From positions 21,201 through 85,200 of the forward strand of contig CALVJR010000003.1 in NCBI GenBank assembly GCA_944332295.1: a stretch of 64,000 nucleotides of DNA, written 5' to 3'. The notes under the pieces are model-generated. The model saw nothing but the letters and a program-made list of their open reading frames with translations. It was not told the DNA's origin and did no database searches. Shown one piece after another: positions 1 to 8,024 of this stretch. Source of the stretch: an uncultured Bacilli bacterium (GTDB taxonomy: Bacteria > Bacillota_I > Bacilli_A > RF39 > UBA660). Position numbers and translations under genes: made by a program. How positions within the stretch are numbered: the first letter of the stretch is position 1; the number at the start of each line of letters is the position of its first letter.

Positions 1-526
1 TAACTACAGATGATATAATTGCATCTTCTAAAATACTATTATCTGAATCAAAAGCAGTAAATTGAACATCTGCTTTATTCAAATAAAGATTGTAATCTTT
101 AGGGACTAAGAATTGATAATTGATAGAATAAAGCTTATCAGCTTTAAAATTATAATAATAAGAATTATAAGGCTCCTCAAAGTACCAGCCACCATTAGTG
201 ATAACCGTTAAATAAGAACGATATAATGTAGCTGGACCTACTTCGACAGTATAAGAATACATTTCGCCAAGTGGTAAACTATTAGCATTAACACGTGAAC
301 CAAATAAATCATAATTACTTTGAAATTCATCCCAAGAAAAATATCTAGACGATAGACCTTCACAAGTAACATCACCAAAGCCAACAACTTGATTATGATG
401 AGTACACTCTAGCGAATTAATAAATCTATCATCAGCAGGTATATCATATATGGTATCAGCTTTTATATTCTGTGGAAAAAAGAAAAAAGCTACTAATAAA
501 AACCAGACAAAAATAACTTTTTTCAT
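1..526 (-). CDS. Secreted protein of the filamentous-phage-like module, partial (runs off window start); candidate adsorption/minor coat protein
   Basis: Own minus-strand translation: ATG at 526..524, MKKVIFVWFLLVAFFFFPQNIKA (signal-peptide-like). The frame stays open with no stop down to position 1 (at least 175 aa). The start overlaps the stop of ORF 523..732 (ATGA). Absent from the ORF track because it is truncated. Confidence 0.55.
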   Translation of the reverse strand, partial: MKKVIFVWFLLVAFFFFPQNIKADTIYDIPADDRFINSLECTHHNQVVGFGDVTCEGLSSRYFSWDEFQSNYDLFGSRVNANSLPLGEMYSYTVEVGPATLYRSYLTVITNGGWYFEEPYNSYYYNFKADKLYSINYQFLVPKDYNLYLNKADVQFTAFDSDNSILEDAIISSVV

Positions 527-732
527 AAACTTTTTCCACCTTTCATCGGAAAACACCATTTTAAGAACAGCATAACAATCAAAATACAAAGCAAAAATGG
601 TGTTAAAAAGTATTGTTCCATAGTCGGATAAAATTGTTCGCTAGTATCTGCAGAAGTTTCTTGAATTTCTTGTGCTGCAATTTCACTATCAGTAGTCACT
701 AGTTCTTCATTTTCAATAATTTCATTTTCCAT
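523..732 (-). CDS. Small phage-module membrane protein (acidic N-half, C-terminal TM helix)
   Basis: 69 aa. E/D-rich N-terminus followed by FLTPFLLCILIVMLFLKW. Its ATG overlaps the preceding stop (TAATG, 730-734). Confidence 0.5.
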   Translation of the reverse strand: MENEIIENEELVTTDSEIAAQEIQETSADTSEQFYPTMEQYFLTPFLLCILIVMLFLKWCFPMKGGKSL

Positions 733-833
733 TAGAAAGTAATCTCCTTTCCAAAAACAAAAGATACAAAAATTCCAATTACTTTTTGAACAATCATAAA
801 AATTAAAGCAATTGGAAAAGCTATCAACATCAT
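732..833 (-). CDS. Unannotated 33-aa hydrophobic peptide (minor-coat-like)
   Basis: ATG at 833..831, immediately after the Zot-like stop (835-837). Sequence MMLIAFPIALIFMIVQKVIGIFVSFVFGKEITF. Its stop overlaps the next ATG. Below the track size cutoff. Confidence 0.4.
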   Translation of the reverse strand: MMLIAFPIALIFMIVQKVIGIFVSFVFGKEITF

Positions 834-834
834 A

Positions 835-1578
835 TTACTCACAAGGTCGATAACAACTTGATAATTCAGTTCCATAAATTCCCACCTTCTTTTCTTCTTC
901 TGCTACGAAGTTATTTTGTTTAATTACATAATAAGTATCATACTTACCATAATCTTTAGGACTGTGAAACCACAGAAACTTTTTTAAAACTTTACCCTTT
1001 AAAGTCGTACCGTTATCATTATCATCAATACTATCCCTGTCAACTAATTTATTAAATTGAACAAAGCCAAAAAGTTTTTTGCAAACTAGTACACTAGAAA
1101 ATTGTTCTCTTAATGGTTTAGCCATTCTACCAAATACCTGACTAGTAGCGACTATATGTTTTCTTTGCTTTCTTTGTTGAGATATCTGAACCATTACTTC
1201 CGGATTAATATTTTTTGATTTTAAAGAATTGAAATAAAGTTGAATTTCGTCTATTAAGTAAATTACACCGTATTCACCGTTTGAATATTTCGCTAAGTCA
1301 TCACCATTGAAGAACTGAAAAACTCGCTCATGATCAAACGGGTAATTATACAATTTCAAGTTAGTAACAAGAAGTGCTTTAGGATACATCTTTAAAAGAT
1401 TTTCTACATAATTGACAGCTGATAAGGACTTACCGCTTCCTTGACCACCAGTAAAAACTATAAGACCATCAGGAGCGAAATAATCAGGATGTTCTTTAAA
1501 AAACTTAAACTTAAAAGAAATCCAATCAATAATTCTTTTAGGATTTAATGAAACTCTACAAGCTTTATAACTAATCAT
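835..1578 (-). CDS. Zot / pI-like P-loop NTPase (inovirus assembly ATPase family)
   Basis: Walker A GGQGSGKS and Walker B-like VIYLIDE, followed by QQRKQRKHIVATSQ. The layout matches the N-terminal domain of filamentous-phage pI/Zot. The gene is embedded among tiny TM ORFs. Confidence 0.7.
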   Translation of the reverse strand: MISYKACRVSLNPKRIIDWISFKFKFFKEHPDYFAPDGLIVFTGGQGSGKSLSAVNYVENLLKMYPKALLVTNLKLYNYPFDHERVFQFFNGDDLAKYSNGEYGVIYLIDEIQLYFNSLKSKNINPEVMVQISQQRKQRKHIVATSQVFGRMAKPLREQFSSVLVCKKLFGFVQFNKLVDRDSIDDNDNGTTLKGKVLKKFLWFHSPKDYGKYDTYYVIKQNNFVAEEEKKVGIYGTELSSCYRPCE

Positions 1579-1663
1579 TATTAATCAACTCCTTAATAAA
1601 GTGCTCTAAAAGGTATTCTAAGCCACAAAAAGCAATAAACAACTCAAATATCCATAACCACAT
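1571..1663 (-). CDS. Unannotated 30-aa hydrophobic peptide (pVII/pIX-like size class)
   Basis: SD AAGGAGG sits 7 nt upstream of ATG 1663..1661. Sequence MWLWIFELFIAFCGLEYLLEHFIKELINND. It overlaps the Zot-like start by 8 nt. Confidence 0.4.
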   Translation of the reverse strand: MWLWIFELFIAFCGLEYLLEHFIKELINND

Positions 1664-1677
1664 TTAAAGGCCTCCTT

Positions 1678-1764
1678 TCAATGTTTCCACGGCATTTTTG
1701 ACCATAACCAATTTAAAAACTTATAAAATAAAAATAAAATTACAATACCTAAAAAAAATTCCAT
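1678..1764 (-). CDS. Unannotated 28-aa hydrophobic peptide (pVII/pIX-like size class)
   Basis: SD AGGAGG sits upstream of ATG 1764..1762. Sequence MEFFLGIVILFLFYKFLNWLWSKMPWKH. Confidence 0.4.
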   Translation of the reverse strand: MEFFLGIVILFLFYKFLNWLWSKMPWKH

Positions 1765-1842
1765 AAAATACCTCCTAAAAAATAAAAGATAGGTTATTAA
1801 CCTACCTCCACCAAATTAATGTAATAAAAGAGTTTAATCGAT

Positions 1843-2058
1843 TTATAAACGGATTTTACCAGAACGAACTGCACTAGTAAAAGCACCAATAGCTTTACGA
1901 ACACCTAACCACATTAGGAAAAAAGCCATACCAACGCCGACAACTGAGCCTAAAACGGTTAAAATATCAGTTGGAGAGATTGAACTAGTTAACTTTGTAA
2001 CAAAACTAGATAAATCTACTTGAACCGCTTGATCAGCACCAATTAAAAATGGAAACAT
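1843..2058 (-). CDS. Major-coat-protein-like small protein (single TM, basic C-terminus)
   Basis: 71 aa. TM segment ILTVLGSVVGVGMAFFLMWLGV is followed by the basic tail RKAIGAFTSAVRSGKIRL. This is the typical architecture of an inovirus major coat protein. Confidence 0.5.
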   Translation of the reverse strand: MFPFLIGADQAVQVDLSSFVTKLTSSISPTDILTVLGSVVGVGMAFFLMWLGVRKAIGAFTSAVRSGKIRL

Positions 2059-2073
2059 CTATCTTACCCCTTT

Positions 2074-2298
2074 CTATAACTTTTTCAATATATTTTCTAA
2101 AAAGGAAATTAACTTCCTTAATAGACGTCTTAATAATTTATACTTTTGAACTATTTCTTTATGCTCGACAATATCAATAATCTGATGATTATATTGATTT
2201 ATATATCCTACTTCATGGTGAAAAAAAGAACGATATATTTTGTGATAATACTGACCAGTATTTAGATTAAGCCAAATAACTATTATTCGATTATGCAT
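2074..2298 (-). CDS. Hypothetical small phage-module protein
   Basis: 74 aa. Its ATG overlaps the upstream stop (TAATG at 2296-2300). No recognisable motif. Confidence 0.4.
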   Translation of the reverse strand: MHNRIIVIWLNLNTGQYYHKIYRSFFHHEVGYINQYNHQIIDIVEHKEIVQKYKLLRRLLRKLISFLENILKKL

Positions 2299-2504
2299 TA
2301 TTTTTTAAACGGATTTACTTCTTTAGCTTTCAACTCTAAAAGTTCAAGTTCAGCTTGTGTTAAGAATACCCTCTTTTCAAGGCTATCTGTAAGCATGATT
2401 GAAAGATACTTATAAGTATTACCTTTTTGTGAAGTTGCTTCTTTAATAGACGCTCTTAATTCTGCGTTCATATTCTGAGCCCTCCTTTCATAATATAGTG
2501 ACAT
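2298..2504 (-). CDS. Hypothetical small phage-module protein (first gene of leftward operon)
   Basis: 68 aa. SD GGAGGG lies upstream, and the start sits inside an operator palindrome. Function unknown; a ssDNA-binding or regulatory role is only a guess. Confidence 0.45.
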   Translation of the reverse strand: MSLYYERRAQNMNAELRASIKEATSQKGNTYKYLSIMLTDSLEKRVFLTQAELELLELKAKEVNPFKK

Positions 2505-2578
2505 TATATGTCGTTAAAGACAGTATACATGACATTTAAAACCGTGTCAATATAAAAATAAAAATGACATAATATGTC
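2500..2578. promoter_or_regulatory. Divergent promoter/operator region with two 13-bp palindromes GACATWATATGTC
   Basis: GACATTATATGTC at 2500-2512 and GACATAATATGTC at 2566-2578, between the divergent genes 2298..2504(-) and 2590..2778(+). Confidence 0.55.
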
Positions 2579-2589
2579 TAGGTGGTGTT

Positions 2590-2778
2590 ATGTTTAAAAA
2601 GTATAGAATAATAAACAAATATACACAAGAGAATCTAGCAGAAATATTGCAAATATCAACAAGACATCTACAAAGAATCGAAAAGGGAGAAAATGAACCA
2701 AGTTTAGATTTGTTTAGAAAATTAATAAAAGTTTTAAAAATAGAAGATAAAGATATAATTAAGTTTATAAAGAAATAA
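2590..2778 (+). CDS. XRE-family HTH transcriptional regulator (Cro/CI-like)
   Basis: 62 aa. YTQENLAEILQISTRHLQRIEKGENEPS is a classical HTH_3 signature. SD AGGTGG. Confidence 0.75.
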   Translation: MFKKYRIINKYTQENLAEILQISTRHLQRIEKGENEPSLDLFRKLIKVLKIEDKDIIKFIKK

Positions 2779-2792
2779 AAAGGAGTTAAAAA

Positions 2793-3020
2793 ATGAATAA
2801 TTATTCAGATTTAGAAACAACATTTTCAATAATAGGAATAATAGTATTTATATTAACTATAGTTTTAATTGTATATCCTTTTGTAATGATGATAATAATA
2901 TCTAAGATAAATAAAAAATTATCTAATATAGAAGATTTGATCAGAAATCAAAACAATCTACTAGAAATACAAATAAATAATACAGAAATACTTATTAATG
3001 AACAAAAAAAAGACATTTAA
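2793..3020 (+). CDS. Small membrane protein (one TM plus coiled tail)
   Basis: 75 aa. TM segment FSIIGIIVFILTIVLIVYPFVMMIIIS. SD AAGGAG lies upstream. Confidence 0.5.
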   Translation: MNNYSDLETTFSIIGIIVFILTIVLIVYPFVMMIIISKINKKLSNIEDLIRNQNNLLEIQINNTEILINEQKKDI

Positions 3021-3047
3021 GAGTCTTTTTCTTTTTTTGATATTATG

Positions 3048-3710
3048 TTAACTTCTTTTTCTTTTCTTGATTTTTTCGTCTTCTATTAATACTTTATCTA
3101 TCATTGTAGTTTTATTATCGCTTATTTTTTGTTCGTATGTGTTGTACAATAAATCTTGATATTCTACAACTATATTAATCTGTTGTTCATCTAATGGTAA
3201 TTTATATGTAATTTTAGATTCTTCATTTACAGCTAAACAATTTTGATAATCTGATAAAATGTTTTTGTTTTTGATTTTAATAATATATTTTTTTATTGTG
3301 TTATTTCCAATGTTTTTAAATTTTATATTTAATGTATTATTATTGGTTATACTTACTTTATATTCTAAAAATGGCATATTGTTTATTCTATGTGCTTCTT
3401 GCTCATTCTCTTCTGTTCTTTCTAATTGACCTATGGTTGTTGCTAGAACAAGTATTGCACTTATGAAGGTTCCTAACATCGTAGTTAGAAAGTTCATAAT
3501 AAAATCAAACCATTCTTTTGTTTCAATATTACTAGCTATACCTAATGTAGTTGGAATATTATATTTATCTAAATACCATATAGCTAATATTATTATACAT
3601 GTAGCACCAATGATTTCTACTAAAGTTTTTTCTAAATCAGATTCTGTATGCTTTTTATATATGTAACGTATTATCAGAAAAGTAATAAGGAGACTTATTA
3701 TTGTTAACAT
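3048..3710 (-). CDS. Membrane protein of unknown function (3 N-terminal TM helices plus soluble C-domain)
   Basis: 220-aa ORF with hydrophobic segments in the first ~95 aa. No catalytic motif recognised. Confidence 0.5.
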   Translation of the reverse strand: MLTIISLLITFLIIRYIYKKHTESDLEKTLVEIIGATCIIILAIWYLDKYNIPTTLGIASNIETKEWFDFIMNFLTTMLGTFISAILVLATTIGQLERTEENEQEAHRINNMPFLEYKVSITNNNTLNIKFKNIGNNTIKKYIIKIKNKNILSDYQNCLAVNEESKITYKLPLDEQQINIVVEYQDLLYNTYEQKISDNKTTMIDKVLIEDEKIKKRKRS

Positions 3711-3764
3711 TCTTATCTCCCCTCCCCTCTTGTTAATTATACTAAAAAAGATTCCCTTAGGAAT

Positions 3765-4532
3765 CTATACTTTTCTTGATTGAATCTCTGCTATTTTTTC
3801 TAATACTTCTTTGGCATTGTCTTCATTAATTTCTGTATATCCTAATTCTTTTAAGGCTTGTACTTTGGCAGTGTTTAATTCTTGAGTTCTAGATAATTTT
3901 TCTTCATTTTTATGTTCGATATCTTGAACAAATCTTTTATGTGTTTCGCTGATTTTAGTTTTTGAAGCACTACCATTGTTATATAATGTCATAGCACTAA
4001 ACATAATACTTTCAAAAACATATTGTTTGTCACTGTTAAATACAAATTCCATAGGATCTGTAAAACCAAGAGACTTAGACATATAACATAATATATATTT
4101 TAGTTCTTCTGTTGTCTCCATTGATTGCAAGAAATGGTATAAATATAAGTAAGTATTATAAGTATCTTTTGTTTTATCTGTTGCTAGTTTTTCCTTTAAT
4201 AAATTGATAATATCAGATAATAATTCTTGTTCTTTTTTGTTAAAACCTTTTAAATCAGCAATTACTTCTTTATTTGAAGAATCTTTTACTCCTTCTTTTA
4301 ATCTAGATTCAACTTCAATAATATATTCACCATTAATTTTTAAGTTTTTAATATCGTCGATGCTTTCTATATTTAATAAACTTAGTAATTTAGCAGCTTT
4401 TTCTTTTGGCCAATCATTTAGATTATCAATTGCCAAATAGTTATATAGCATTTGTCTGGATACACCTAAATATTTAGCAAGTCGAACTTTGCTAATTCCT
4501 AATTCTGTTAATACTACGTTTAATTCTTTCAT
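3765..4532 (-). CDS. HTH-domain protein (putative phage regulator)
   Basis: The N-terminus LTELGISKVRLAKYLGVSRQMLYNYL is HTH-like. A degenerate copy of the operator palindrome lies 30 nt upstream (4562-4574). Confidence 0.55.
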   Translation of the reverse strand: MKELNVVLTELGISKVRLAKYLGVSRQMLYNYLAIDNLNDWPKEKAAKLLSLLNIESIDDIKNLKINGEYIIEVESRLKEGVKDSSNKEVIADLKGFNKKEQELLSDIINLLKEKLATDKTKDTYNTYLYLYHFLQSMETTEELKYILCYMSKSLGFTDPMEFVFNSDKQYVFESIMFSAMTLYNNGSASKTKISETHKRFVQDIEHKNEEKLSRTQELNTAKVQALKELGYTEINEDNAKEVLEKIAEIQSRKV

Positions 4533-4611
4533 TATTTATTTACCCTCCTAATATAATTATAGACATTATGTGTAAAATAATCAAGTGTAAATTGACACTT
4601 TTTTATGTCTA

Positions 4612-5649
4612 TTACTTTTTAATGCATCCACTACCTAAACATTCATTTTTATCATTATAAAATACAATATATTGACCTGGTGTTATTGCTCGTAGGTCTT
4701 TTACAAATGTTATTATTAAATTTTTTTTCTTATCTAATTGGCATTTTTCTATTTCTTCTAGAGAACCTCTAGAGCGAATTTTTGCATATAATTTTGTTTT
4801 AAAAAACTCATCTTTATCTATTAAATAATTTATATCTGTTGCGATTAATTCTCTTTTTAATAATTCCTTATTTGTACCTACAATTACATTATTATTTTCT
4901 GTATCTAATTCTAAAACATATAAAGGCTCTTTATAAGCTATATTAAGCCCTTTTCTTTGTCCTATAGTGTATTTATATAATCCATTATGTTTTCCTAATA
5001 TTGTACCGTTTTTTAAGATGATATTGCCTGGTTTGTTTTTTATATTGTTTTTTTCTAAAAATGATTTATAATCATCATTTGGTATAAAACAAATTTCTTG
5101 GCTATCTTTTTTTTCACTTACAGGTAAGTTGTATTTTTTTGCTAGTGCACGAATTTCATCTTTAGAGTGAAAGTTATTTAGTGGAAAAAGGACGTTTGGC
5201 AATACTTCTTTGTCTATTTGACATAAAAAATATGATTGATCTTTTTCTTTTGCATCTGACATAATTAAACGATTATTCTTTACTTTTGCATAATGACCTG
5301 TAGCAATATATGTCGCTCCTAATTCTTGTGCTTTCTTATAAAACAAGCCAAATTTAAAGTGTTTATTACAAACTATACAAGGATTTGGTGTTGTACCTTC
5401 TTTGTAAGAACCAATAAAGTCTTCTATGATTATTGTCTTAAATTCTTTTGTTAAATCAAATATGTAATGAGGAATATTTAATATAGTACATATTTTTTTA
5501 GCGTCTTCTATTGCTTCTTTTGTTTTTTCATCTTCTAATAACTTCATAGTAGCACCTATTACTTGATAGCCTTCTTCTTTTAATAAACAAGCGGCAACAG
5601 AGGAATCTACGCCTCCACTCATTCCTATTACTACAATTTCTTTTTTCAT
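4612..5649 (-). CDS. mnmA: tRNA-specific 2-thiouridylase MnmA
   Basis: PP-loop GMSGGVDSSVAA. Length and overall sequence are typical of MnmA/TrmU. The start is taken at MKKEIVV (the track ORF extends to 5685). Confidence 0.93.
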   Translation of the reverse strand: MKKEIVVIGMSGGVDSSVAACLLKEEGYQVIGATMKLLEDEKTKEAIEDAKKICTILNIPHYIFDLTKEFKTIIIEDFIGSYKEGTTPNPCIVCNKHFKFGLFYKKAQELGATYIATGHYAKVKNNRLIMSDAKEKDQSYFLCQIDKEVLPNVLFPLNNFHSKDEIRALAKKYNLPVSEKKDSQEICFIPNDDYKSFLEKNNIKNKPGNIILKNGTILGKHNGLYKYTIGQRKGLNIAYKEPLYVLELDTENNNVIVGTNKELLKRELIATDINYLIDKDEFFKTKLYAKIRSRGSLEEIEKCQLDKKKNLIITFVKDLRAITPGQYIVFYNDKNECLGSGCIKK

Positions 5650-5683
5650 ACTATCACCATGATTTATTATATCGTAGTTTTGC

Positions 5684-5712
5684 AAAAGAAAAAAGATATC
5701 TGAATATCTTTT
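5684..5712 (-). terminator. Rho-independent terminator after spoIIM
   Basis: Hairpin AAGATAT-CTGA-ATATCTT (5693-5710), followed by a T-run on the minus strand. Confidence 0.5.
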
Positions 5713-6307
5713 AGAGAAAAAATAGTAGATTTGGAATAATATAACTTTCTATAATTGAAATAATAATTGAAAATACAATATAGAATAGTCCTATCTTTAT
5801 ATATCTTCTTACTATATTTTGCCAGTTTCTTGTTTCTTTTTTAAATATAGATCTATATATCATAATGGAAAATGAAATGGCATAATAACATAGTAGAAAT
5901 GCTGCAAGAGCATTTATTATATTTGGCAGTGTATAAACAATAGCTTTTAATATTCCGCTTGGTCCATATGTAATTAAAATGCTAGAAAAAGAGAAGCCTA
6001 CAAGAAATCCTTTAAAGAAGAGAATAAATAGTATAATTGGAATTCCGATAATAGAAATTCCTAATATCCAAATGAAAAAAAATACTAAAATGTTATTGGT
6101 AATACTAGAGATAAATCCAGATATATAATTGGTTTTTCCGTCTTTTATTCCTGTTATAAAAGATGATATCGATTGATTGATAAGTTCTTTGTTATCGTTT
6201 GTTATGATTGCTGGAAACAATACTCCTAAAACTATTGCTATTAATCCTAGGATGATTAGTGCTGTTAATAATTTGTTTTTCATTGCTTTATTTATTAGTT
6301 TTTTCAT
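5711..6307 (-). CDS. spoIIM: Stage II sporulation protein M
   Basis: 198-aa polytopic membrane protein. ILGISIIGIPIILFILFFKGFLVGF matches the conserved SpoIIM core as I recall it from the B. subtilis protein. Confidence 0.7.
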   Translation of the reverse strand: MKKLINKAMKNKLLTALIILGLIAIVLGVLFPAIITNDNKELINQSISSFITGIKDGKTNYISGFISSITNNILVFFFIWILGISIIGIPIILFILFFKGFLVGFSFSSILITYGPSGILKAIVYTLPNIINALAAFLLCYYAISFSIMIYRSIFKKETRNWQNIVRRYIKIGLFYIVFSIIISIIESYIIPNLLFFL

Positions 6308-6410
6308 AGTCTCACCTTGCTAAAATATATTATGGAATTCTTGAAACTATGTAAAAAACAAATTTACTTTTTTTTACATTTATTTTATAATTGTTAATGA
6401 GGTGTAATTT

Positions 6411-6497
6411 ATGAATAAAAAAGTTGTAAAAATTGTTTCTATTATTTTAGTGGTTGTTATGGTTGTATCCTTTTTAAGTGTTTTGCTTTATTTATAG
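6411..6497 (+). CDS. Possible 28-aa hydrophobic peptide (unannotated)
   Basis: SD-like GAGGTG lies upstream of the ATG at 6411. Sequence MNKKVVKIVSIILVVVMVVSFLSVLLYL. It is followed directly by a strong hairpin. Confidence 0.3.
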   Translation: MNKKVVKIVSIILVVVMVVSFLSVLLYL

Positions 6498-6536
6498 AAA
6501 AACGACTTCCATGGTTTGGAGGTCGTTTTATTTTTC
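6498..6536. terminator. Bidirectional Rho-independent terminator
   Basis: A 12-13 bp stem AAAACGACTTCCA / TGGAGGTCGTTTT with A/T runs on both sides. Confidence 0.6.
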
Positions 6537-6830
6537 TATATATCCTTCTAATTCAGGTACGATTTCTTTTACAATTCCATTTGGAATGTTATATTTATTT
6601 ACGATGTCATTAATTCTATTTATATCTTTTGCTAGATATAGCATTAAAATACCGGCAATACGATCTGCTGTATATTGATCTAGTATTTTTCTATCTTCTT
6701 CTGTTATGTGGTATTTTCTAGTAAGTGCTTGGATAGGACCATATCCATATAAATAGTTAGTTAATGATTTTGCAATTAATTCTACTTCTGTATTTTTATC
6801 TGTTAATTTTACTTTAGTCCATACTTTCAT
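6528..6830 (-). CDS. Hypothetical protein
   Basis: 100-aa ORF downstream of spoIVB. No motif recognised. Confidence 0.5.
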   Translation of the reverse strand: MKVWTKVKLTDKNTEVELIAKSLTNYLYGYGPIQALTRKYHITEEDRKILDQYTADRIAGILMLYLAKDINRINDIVNKYNIPNGIVKEIVPELEGYIEK

Positions 6831-6898
6831 ATCCTCATCCCCTATATGTCTTAATATTTTAACATAAAGTTTTATAAAAATAAAGAGACTTTTGTCTC

Positions 6899-7879
6899 TT
6901 ATTTATCTCCTTCCTTTAACATTGTTGTTATAAATATCCCATATCCTTTTTTCGTATCGTTTACAATTACATAGTTAACAGCACCTATAATTTTGTCATT
7001 TTGAATAATTGGAGATCCGCTCATTCCTTGTACTACACCACCAGTTTTTGTTAAAAGATTAGAATCTGTGATTTCAAATAAAATATTTTTAGTCTTACTA
7101 GTTGTATCAATGTTTAATATGGTTATATCGAATTCTTCTACTTCGTTATTATTTACTACTGTTTTAATTTTTGCTGGTCCTGTTTTAATCTCTTCTATTT
7201 CTCCTACCTCTATTGTATTCATATTTTCAATAGATTCCATATAAGTACCATATATTCCTGTTATTTCGTTAGTATCAATTTCTCCACTTGATGTTGTATT
7301 GTCGTAAGTTGCGTTTTTTTCTCCTGCTTTTCCATCACGACTTTTTTCAATTTTTGATACTGTTGCATCATATATTTTTCCATCTTTAATTTCAAATTTT
7401 TGAGCTGTTGTGCTTTCTACGATTTCGTGTCCTAAAGCTCCAAATCGTTTTGTTTCAGGGTCTATATAGGTTAATGTTCCTATACCATGGATTTGATCTT
7501 TTACATATAATCCGGTCTTTATTACTTTATCTTCTGTTTGTTCTAGATTTAGTTTTATATCTTTTGTTGTTTGATTTCTCATTACTTGAAATACAAATTC
7601 ATTAGTATTTAAGTTTTCCATAGCATTTATCATAGATGATATTGACTCTATTGTTTTACCATTAACTTTTACAATTTTATCACCAACTTCAAATCCTGCA
7701 TCTTTGGCCATATATTTACCATCAATTTCATAAAAACCAACTACTAAAACACCTTTTGAATTTACTTCAATCCCAATTGTTTCTCCGGATGCTATTACAT
7801 AATTAGAATAAGCAAATACATTTATGGGAATAGTAACTAAAAGAAGGATAGCTAGTAGTAATTTATTTTTTAATTTCAT
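6899..7879 (-). CDS. spoIVB: SpoIVB peptidase (S55 family, PDZ domain)
   Basis: Signal anchor and a PDZ-like GFEVGDKIVKVNG. S55 motifs GTLTYIDPETKRFGALGHEI and GMSGSPII. Confidence 0.9.
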   Translation of the reverse strand: MKLKNKLLLAILLLVTIPINVFAYSNYVIASGETIGIEVNSKGVLVVGFYEIDGKYMAKDAGFEVGDKIVKVNGKTIESISSMINAMENLNTNEFVFQVMRNQTTKDIKLNLEQTEDKVIKTGLYVKDQIHGIGTLTYIDPETKRFGALGHEIVESTTAQKFEIKDGKIYDATVSKIEKSRDGKAGEKNATYDNTTSSGEIDTNEITGIYGTYMESIENMNTIEVGEIEEIKTGPAKIKTVVNNNEVEEFDITILNIDTTSKTKNILFEITDSNLLTKTGGVVQGMSGSPIIQNDKIIGAVNYVIVNDTKKGYGIFITTMLKEGDK

Positions 7880-7980
7880 AGCATCACCTCATTTTTTATT
7901 ACTACATTTATAGTTTTAATTTTTTTTAATTGTTTATGTTTATTATTTTTTACCATTTACACTAATTTTTTACATTTTTT

Positions 7981-8009
7981 TTGACAATTTTTTTTAAATT
8001 AGCTATAGT
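7981..8009 (+). promoter_or_regulatory. Sigma-A-type promoter (TTGACA-17-TATAGT)
   Basis: TTGACA at 7981-7986, a 17-nt spacer, and TATAGT at 8004-8009. The SD GAGGTG and the ATG at 8025 follow. Confidence 0.55.
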
Positions 8010-8024
8010 AATATTAGAGGTGAT

